Below, piece after piece: positions 56,192 to 64,000 of a stretch of 64,000 bases of DNA. The stretch's first letter is position 1; every line of letters starts with the position of its first letter. Location: assembly GCA_030141605.1 (NCBI GenBank), contig JAQGDQ010000031.1, positions 992,001 through 1,056,000 of the forward strand. The letters are read 5' to 3'. The notes beneath the pieces were generated by a model, which worked only from the letters and a program-made list of their open reading frames with translations, was not told where the DNA came from and did no database searches. Source of the DNA: Tubiluchus corallicola (Eukaryota; Animalia; Priapulida). The position numbers and the translations under genes were made by a program.

Positions 56192-58527
56192 CATTTATAT
56201 GCTTAATTAAATTATAAAAGCTTTGCATAATTACTAAAGCATGTTTATTTGAACAATTATGGGTGATTCTCCGAAAATAGGCCGTTTTGTGTCCTCATGT
56301 TTTTTCTCCCGTAGATTTGTTACTTCTGTAATAGTATTTCTAAAATTGTCAAAATAAGTATGTGATTGTGCTAAAAATTAGGTATAATGTACATAACCTG
56401 TGGAATGAATGTCATTTTGAAAACAAAATTGTGACAAAAAATCATTACCATCACTGTTCCCAGCAATGAATTTTTATATATCCGGACCTCTTTTCTTTAA
56501 ATGTTACCTTATCTTGACTTGATAGATATTGTGTACTTCTTGCTGTATGTCCTAGTTATCGATTAGATAATCCGATATACAAAGAAAAGCACATTTAGTT
56601 GCAAATACGGACACTTATTGACATGTCCCTCATTTCAACCTTCATTACTCTAAAAATGTTTGCTAAGCGATCGTGTGAAGCTTTCTGTGAAATTTATTTT
56701 TTCTTGGGGAATTATTATAAGAATCACACCAGATGAACAAATAAACGTAATCTTTTTTTTAATTATTACCATGTGCACTGCAAATGCGTAAAAACCTGAT
56801 AATGTATATTATTTATCAGAATTCGGTGTAGGTCAAAGGACCACCAGTCAAATATCCACAGGTAAATGGAACATCACAAAGAAAGGGCCACCAGTCAAAG
56901 AGCCACCAGATGAAGGACAACTGGTCAAACATTCATCTGAAAAGACAAAGGACCACAAAATAAAAATTAGCAGACGAGGTGAATGTGTGATTCATGTGAA
57001 AAATTATGTGATATACACTGTGCTCTGACCTGATCTGTTCATCAACATACTAAATTGTTATTGTTAAGCCAAGAAACTGGTCACCATTTTCTAAGTTGAG
57101 GTTGATGTCTGCTCAAGCCAGGGTTGTCCATGCGGTTCACAAGAGCTCTGTGTGCAAGCATACATTACCAAGCAAGAAGAACCAGCACTACCAATCCCAA
57201 TAGTGACTATTGTCAAGTCAGTATTGGAATGTTATCAAGTGAAAAGTTTTGGGGAAATAATTACATTCAACCTTACAATTCTAATATGAGATCAATTCCC
57301 ATATCAGGGGCACAAATTTGAGTTGCACTGCGTTAGGCTCATGCTATTTAGAGGCAGCAAGCACGGAACATGTGTCCAATAGAGGAGACGAACAAATTAA
57401 TCATGAGCTGAACTGGAAAATGAATTATGCCTGTAGTAAACATGATAATAGCGGTTCTGCTATTATAACATGATAAAGTTGACTTGTGAGTTGAAGAAGC
57501 CAACAATAAAATTAATGCAGAAAGTTCAAATAACCAATTTTTTCTTTACTGCAGACGACTGCTTTTGAACATGACAGATTAATCATTGAAATGATGATTA
57601 CACCACAAACTGATGAGCAATACTAACCCAAGTCAGGATCACTCTCACAAAGCCATAGCTGCACAAAAATTCTCGAGGATTTTACATCGTAACAGTGATT
57701 TTCTAGCATCACAACAACTGTTGTGATAACATTCATTTCAAAGAAAAAGTAGCAGAGAAGATCGCCAATGCTTAAAGCAGTATGTCTATGAACACCTGAA
57801 TGAATTTCGTGATTATTCTATTAGTGAATATTTCTTTTTATTCAATTTTATATTTATAATATAGTTTTGTTGAATCTCTGTTAAATACCTTAATTGTTAA
57901 AACCACTTCAAGTAAATAAAACTCAATTAATGAGATTCTTTTGCGCCTCAACTACTTTCATTAAAGCAAGTTCCTAACATTATTTCAGGCTTCAACGGAA
58001 TCGCTCAGAACTCACAATCATTTTGAAACTCTGTTAAGAAAACTTTGGTTGAAATGAATCAAACTCTAGTAATGACGTTATGATGTCATTCCTTAACTTT
58101 GTGCAACTTTACGTTTTAACGTTTTACGATTTAAGATATAGGTGTTTCATATAAAATAAATGAATGTATGGTTTTTATTAGAAATGTTTGAAAATTACAT
58201 CACAAATAAATAGGGAAATGACTGGCAAAGTGACTTTAAATGCAATATAGTGAAACAGCCACAAAAATGTTTCTTTTGTGCATGACAAATTTTCTCATAA
58301 CATCTACTTGCACATAATTGCTACATCAGTGATCATACGTAATGTCGTACATTCGAATAGTGTAAAATGACACAAAAGTCGCTGATAGAAAACCTGCTGA
58401 ATCATTTAGTTACTGCTACCGAAATGTTTCAATGCAGTGTCGAACTCAGAAGACCGTACATAATGAACAGATTCCAAATTCTTCAAGCAATACTAATGAC
58501 AGTTCTTTTTGTGGTAGTTTTTATGGA
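56192..58527 (+). repeat. Large direct duplication, copy 1
   Basis: Colinear, highly similar match to 61622-64000 starting CATTTATATGCTTAATTAAATTAT; small indels shift the offset from 5430 to 5473. Confidence 0.95.
56261..56729. mobile_element. Probable MITE inside the duplicated block (second copy ~61691-62206)
   Basis: GGGTGATTCT.. / ..AGAATCACAC imperfect termini. Confidence 0.35.
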
Positions 58528-58925
58528 CTAAATAGTAATATAGATTGTTCAACGACTTTGCAAAAACTTTTAGCATAAAAGACAAACAGAAATTTTGTGC
58601 AAACAAAAGTGATTGACTTTTTTGAATCTCAACGACTTTGCACATAAAATACATGAACAGTTACATGGCGGGTCGCATTTTTAACACAGCAACGCGGCAC
58701 ATCAAGTCGTCCCTAACCTCATTAAATACTGTACTGTAACGGCAGACACTTGGGACACTTCAGTACTTACTATTTTTAGGAAACTTTGTACGTCATGATT
58801 GACGTTTAGCGCGAATGTTTACACAAGTCACGCCACTAGTCATGCGTTGTACTTTGGACTAACTGTTTAACCGTCACTTCTTTGTTCGTTATGAGAGAGT
58901 ATAGACCTGTCTTTATACCGTTCGT

Positions 58926-59530
58926 ATGGCTTACCGTCGGTATCGTCGTTTTGGTAGACGTTTTTCATTGCGTAAAAGATTATTTCACACGGACTTAGAA
59001 GAATAGGTTATGGTCCGGCTAAAACAGCAGTTTCCCGTGCGTACTGGAGACACCGTGCGGCTTATCGTAGAATGGGGCGAAAAAGAGAGTGGAGTGCCCA
59101 GTCGGGTCGCCAGAAGTCGCATAATGCGTTTCTTCGGAGAAGAGGATGGCGGAGATCTAAGAGAAATCAGGACCATAGTAAGATACGCTTTAACAAAAAG
59201 GTATCTGTCGAAGCGATTGTACGGTATAATGGTACGGACTTTAATCCCTCTAATATCCAATTTGGCGAAGGACCTTTTTTACCTGCCCAGTATGAAGACC
59301 CTGTTAACTGGGATAAATGGGATATGTATCAGCAGAAAAGATTTGACCGTATATCATGGAAGGTTAGTAATGTCCGTCTCTTTACCCGTAACATCCATGG
59401 TGGAGATCCTGATACGACATGGAACCAAGACCGAACGCTGCCAATTTACTGGTACCACGATAAATATGAGGAAACCAATCGTTCGGTATTCCCTAAACTG
59501 TGCAATTCTGATGCCAGCAGCGATTGTTGA
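58926..59530 (+). pseudogene. Endogenous CRESS-DNA-virus (circovirus-like) capsid gene fragment, frameshifted and 3'-truncated
   Basis: ATG 58926: MAYRRYRRFGRRFSLRKRLF; a -1 shift between 58976 and 59003 continues GLRRIGYGPAKTAVSRAYWRHRAAYRRMGRKREW...FLRRRGWRRSKRNQDHSKIRFNKKVSV...WDKWDMYQQKRFDRISWKVSNV...PIYWYHD. Long Arg/Tyr-rich arm followed by a beta-type core; intronless; GC-richer than flanks. Confidence 0.65.
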
Positions 59531-59733
59531 TGGTAAAGCTTTCTTGCTGATGTGCATGCTATGGTCTGCATGCTTTTTCATCAGTAGCTATCTACAAAAT
59601 CACCAGGCAGTGCCCAGACTCGGGCTGGACCCCGGCACGGGCGTAAAATGATCAAATAATTAGTCGAAAATTTTTATGCTTAACAGTTCGGGCTCAAAGT
59701 TAAGGCCGAAAGTCTTCAGCTGAGCCTCGGGTT

Positions 59734-60029
59734 GTAAGGTCTTCATTTTTTCCACCATCAGGGGGCTGCAGGTGCACCCCAAATTTAGCTATTTGGGGGG
59801 CTCGTGTTGTAAGGCCTTCATTTTTTCCAACAGCTGGGGAATGCAGGTGGACCCCAAAATTAACTATTTGTGTAGGCAGGAATGCACCTGCAGGCACCCA
59901 GCTGGTGGCATGCCAGCATTGCATGTCTTTACATGTTTGTCACTTTTTAACGTGCATTTTACAAAATCTGCATTGCTTGTAACCCTCCTTAGAAGCACTC
60001 ATCCAAATCTTTCTCTTTTTCTCTTCATC
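59734..60029 (+). repeat. ~295-bp direct repeat, copy 1 (contains an internal ~72-bp repeat)
   Basis: GTAAGGTCTTCATTTTTTCCACCATCAGGGGG...CTCTTCATC recurs at 60863-61153. Confidence 0.9.
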
Positions 60030-60364
60030 TCTTGATTTTCGGCAGACATTACTTCGACCTTATCAGCTGGTTTCGTAGCTTGAATTTTATTGACGACGTC
60101 ACCATTGCAACCGAATTCGGACAACTGCTTTGTAGTAAACGTTCCCGATTTCACCAGCTGAATTAGTAAATTATTGTCGCAACATTTCTCGCATGCCCAT
60201 TGAAATTCGCCCAGCTGACTTAATGCCTCATAAAGTTTCTCTGTTAGTACATGATCTTGCTTTAGGTTTAAACAGTTTATGCACCACCAACGTTCACAGC
60301 TGTCACAAATCAACCCACTTGCAACACGTTGACGACAATTTATGCATTTGTTATCTTTAGCCAT
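59999..60364 (-). CDS. PHD-finger ORF, resembling ORF1 of CR1/L2-type non-LTR retrotransposons; probably a decayed element gene
   Basis: C-x2-C..CDSCERWWCINC..LYEAL..QWACEKC pattern in the 121-aa ORF; intronless; coding-like sequence continues past the stop with frameshifts (59924-59700). Confidence 0.55.
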   Translation of the reverse strand: MAKDNKCINCRQRVASGLICDSCERWWCINCLNLKQDHVLTEKLYEALSQLGEFQWACEKCCDNNLLIQLVKSGTFTTKQLSEFGCNGDVVNKIQATKPADKVEVMSAENQEMKRKRERFG

Positions 60365-60862
60365 AATTAGTCATTACGAAAATGTTCGAAAATTATTTAC
60401 CGGTAGGCAGACGTCCTAGCGAGTAGACGATCGCTCTTTCTTGGTAAACGTAGACTGCATACAAGTATCGTCGCCCACTGATTAGCAAAAAACTACTCTC
60501 TGCTACCAATTTTTGTCGTGTTGACAAAAGGTATAACAGTTAAAATCTTCATCAAACTTTTATTTATAACAGTGAATTATGACATACAGCTACAGCTTTC
60601 ACATTACTGCAGCCATGCAGTCCTGCTTCACACACACTACACTGTATCACACACACTAATACAAATCAGACAACAATTCAATAGTGCTGCCATCTATTAG
60701 TGGCAATGCATACTTTACAGCAACGAAGACCAGTTGAGGTAAAGTCTACACTTAAGTAACAATAGTACAGATTAAATGATTGAATAAGATTATCGCGGCT
60801 TGACGAACTCCATATCCGAGCCTAAGCACTACAGACAAAATCTTCGGTCGTTCACAACGACA

Positions 60863-61153
60863 GTAAGGTCTTCATTTTTTCCACCATCAGGGGGCTGCAG
60901 GTGCACCCCAAATCTAGCTATTTGGGGGGCTCGTGTTGTAAGGCCTTCGTTTTTTCCAACGGCTGGGGAATGCAGGTGGACCCCAAAATTAACTATTTGT
61001 GTAGGCAGGGGTGCACCTGCAGGCAATGGTGGCATGCCAGCATTGCATGTCTTTACATATTTGTCACTTTTTAACGTGCATTTTACAGAATCTGCATTGC
61101 TTGTAACCCTCCTTAGAAGCACTCATCCAAATCTTTCTCTTTTTCTCTTCATC
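60863..61153 (+). repeat. ~290-bp direct repeat, copy 2
   Basis: Near-identical to 59734-60029. Confidence 0.9.
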
Positions 61154-61621
61154 CCTCAACTCTCATGCATGCCATGCACCTTTATCAGTTGATATGTTGG
61201 ATTAATATCACATATTATTACTATACCACAAATATTATGTTTAAAAAGTATTCTGAATGTAAATAGAACTGAATTTGTTCAATGCATAATGCAAATAGAA
61301 CTGAATTTATTCAGTAAGTTTGACAACTACTCTAATGACTAATTTGTCAACGGTTTTTGTTGGTACAACATATGAGTACAATAACAGATCAGTTTTGGTC
61401 GCACTATCTTAGGCTAATACTTTTTGGAGGAAGCACTGAACATGTGTGCAAAAGAGAATACGAGCAAAATGATCATGAATTCCCTGCTAGAAAATGACCA
61501 TAATAATATTATAGTTGCTATGATATTACCATGAATTTATTATTATCTGATGTTATTACCGTGGTAATACCATATTTTGCCTCTGTTACCATACTATGGT
61601 TAGAACATGGTTTAGGCGAAC

Positions 61622-64000
61622 CATTTATATGCTTAATTAAATTATGAAAGCTTTGCATAATTACTAAAGCATGTTTATTTGAACAATTATGGGTGATTTT
61701 CTGAAAATAGGCCGTTTTGTGTCCTCATGTTTTTTCTCCCGTAAATTTGTTACTTCTGTAATAGTATTTCTAAAATTGTCAAAATAAGTACGTCATTGTG
61801 CTAAAAATTTGGTATAATGTACATAACCTGCGGAATGAATGTAATTTTGAAAACAAAATTGTGACAAAAAATCATTACCATCACTGTTCCCAGCAATTAA
61901 TTTTATATATTCGGACCTCTTTTCTTTAAATGTTACCTTATCTTGACTTGATAGATATTGTGTACTTCTTGCTGTATGTCCTAGCTATCGATTAGATAAT
62001 CCGATATACAAAGAAAAGAATATTTAGTTGCAAATACGGACACTTATTGACATGTCCCTCATTTCAACCATCATTACCAAACTGCTATTGAAACACTCAA
62101 CTTTTTGCGTTCATGTGACTGCTACTCAAAAAATGTTTGCTAAGAGATCGTGTGAAGCTTTGTGTGAAATTTATTTTTTCTTGGGGAATTATTATAAGAA
62201 TCACACGAGATGAACAAATAAACGTAAGCTTTTTTTAATTATTACCATGTGCACTGCAAATTTGTAAAAACCTGATAATGTACATTATTTATCAGAATTC
62301 GGTGTAGGTCAAGGGATCACCAGTCAAATATCCACAGGTCAAAGGACCACTGGTAAAAGGATCATCAGAAAGAAAGGGCCACCAGATAAAGGACCACTGG
62401 TCAAACATCTGAAAAGACAAAGGACCACGCGTTAAAGGACCACGAAATAAAAATTAGCAGACGAGGTGAATGTGTGATTCATGTGAAAAATTATGTGAGA
62501 TACACTCTGCTCTGACCTGATCTATTCATCAACATACTAAATTGTTATTGTTAAGCGAAGAAACTGGTCACCATTTTCTAAGTTGAGGTTGATGTCTGCT
62601 CAAACCAGGGTTGTCCATGCGGTTCATAAGAGCTCTGTGTGCAAGCATACATTACCAAGCAAAAAAATCAGCACTACTAATCCCAATAGTGACTATTATC
62701 AAGTCAGTATTGGAATGCTATCAAGTGAAAAGTTTTGGGGAAATAATTACATTCAACCTTACAATTCTAATATGAGATCATATCCCATATCAGGGGCACA
62801 AAATTGAGTTGCACTGCGTTAGGCTCATGCTATTTAGAGGCAGCAAGCATGGAGCATGTGTCCAATAGAGGAGACAAACAAATTAATCATGAGCTGAACT
62901 GGAAAATGAATTATGCCTGTAGTAAACATGATAATAGCGGTTCTGCTATTATAACATGATAAAGTTGACTTATGAGTTGAAGAAGCCAACAATAAAATTA
63001 ATGCAGAAAGTTCAAATAACCAATTTTTTCTTTACTGCAGACGACTGCTTTTGAACATGACAGATTAATCATTGAAATGATGATTACACCACAAACTGAT
63101 GAGCAATACTAACCCAAGTCAGGATCACTCTCACAAAGCCATAGCTGCACAAAAATTCTCGAGGATTTTACATCGTAACAGTGATTTTCTTGCATCACAA
63201 CAACTGTTGCGATAACATTCATTTCAAAGAAAAAGTAGTAGGGAAGATCGCCAATGCTTAAAGCAGTATGTCTATGAACATCTGAATGAATTTCGTGATG
63301 ATTCTATTAGTAAATATTTCTTTTTATTCAATTTTATATTTATAATAATATAATTTTGTTGAGTCTCTGTTAAATACCTTAACTGTTAAAACCACTTCAA
63401 GTAAATAAAACTCAATTAATGAGATTCTTAGTTGCACCTCAACTACTTTCATTAAAGCAAGTTCCTAACATTATTTCAGGCTTCAACGGCATCGCTCAGA
63501 ACTCACAATAATTTTGAAACTCTGTTAAGAAAACTTTGGTTGAAATGAATCAAACTCTAGTAATGACGTTATGATGTCATTCCTTAACTTTGTGTAACTT
63601 TACGTTTTAACGTTTTAAGATAAAGGTGTTTCATATAAAATAAATGAATGTATGGTTTTTATTAGAAATGTTTGAAAATTACATAACAAATAAATGGGGA
63701 AATGACTGGCAAAGTGACTTTAGGTGCAATATAGTGAAACAGCCACAAAAATGTTTGACGAATTTTCTCATAACATCTACTTGCGCATAATTGCTACATC
63801 AGTGATCATACGTAATGTCGTACATTCGAATAGTGTAAAATGACATAAAAATCGCTGATAGAAAACCTGCTGAATCATTTAGTTACTGCTACCGAAATGT
63901 TTCAACGCAGTGTCGAACTCAGAAGACCGTACATAATGAACAGATTCCAAATTCTTCAAGCGATACTAATGACAGTTCTTTTTGTGGTAGTTTTTATGGA
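61622..64000 (+). repeat. Large direct duplication, copy 2 (runs off window end)
   Basis: Matches 56192-58527; paired ORF-track entries 57124-57321 and 62583-62807 are near-identical. Confidence 0.95.

Noticed and set aside
56824-56960. CRISPR-like array of AAAGGACCACC repeats
   Set aside because: Repeats are short and irregular with no unique ~30-nt spacers; eukaryotic context; typical transposon subterminal repeats.
57124-57321. Duplicated small ORF (also 62583-62807) as a gene
   Set aside because: The copies differ by a frameshift, have no recognisable domain, and are similar only because of the duplication.
57550-58050. MULE/FLYWCH transposase remnant (DHSH, RTHNHFE-like peptides)
   Set aside because: Too fragmentary, with many stops; cannot be supported by eye.
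58500-61620. CRESS Rep gene next to the capsid
   Set aside because: No RCR motifs (FTLNN, HLQG, YCxK) or Walker A seen in the ORF track or by reading; a highly decayed Rep cannot be excluded.

Overview
AT-rich, intron-rich eukaryotic DNA, most likely from an invertebrate animal (inference). It holds (1) a minus-strand receptor guanylyl cyclase gene with 20 phase-consistent exons, running off the window start, two of them followed by GC-AG introns; (2) a complete 13-exon plus-strand MRPS9 gene (about 419 aa) head-to-head with it; (3) a decayed minus-strand Venus-flytrap/ANF-domain receptor pseudogene; (4) a pogo element nested in a Tc1 element next to a hAT remnant; and (5) many LINE fragments, tRNA-SINEs, MITEs and microsatellites. 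The most unusual region is 56.2-64 kb. A direct duplication of at least 2.3 kb (offset about 5.45 kb) brackets a frameshifted, Arg-rich gene resembling a CRESS/circovirus ssDNA-virus capsid, with no Rep seen in the window. Just upstream is what may be the capsid's own C-terminus and poly(A) signal, as if a cap-only circle had integrated. A PHD-finger ORF flanked by ~295-bp direct repeats sits beside it. All homology calls come from motif recognition by eye, not database searches.
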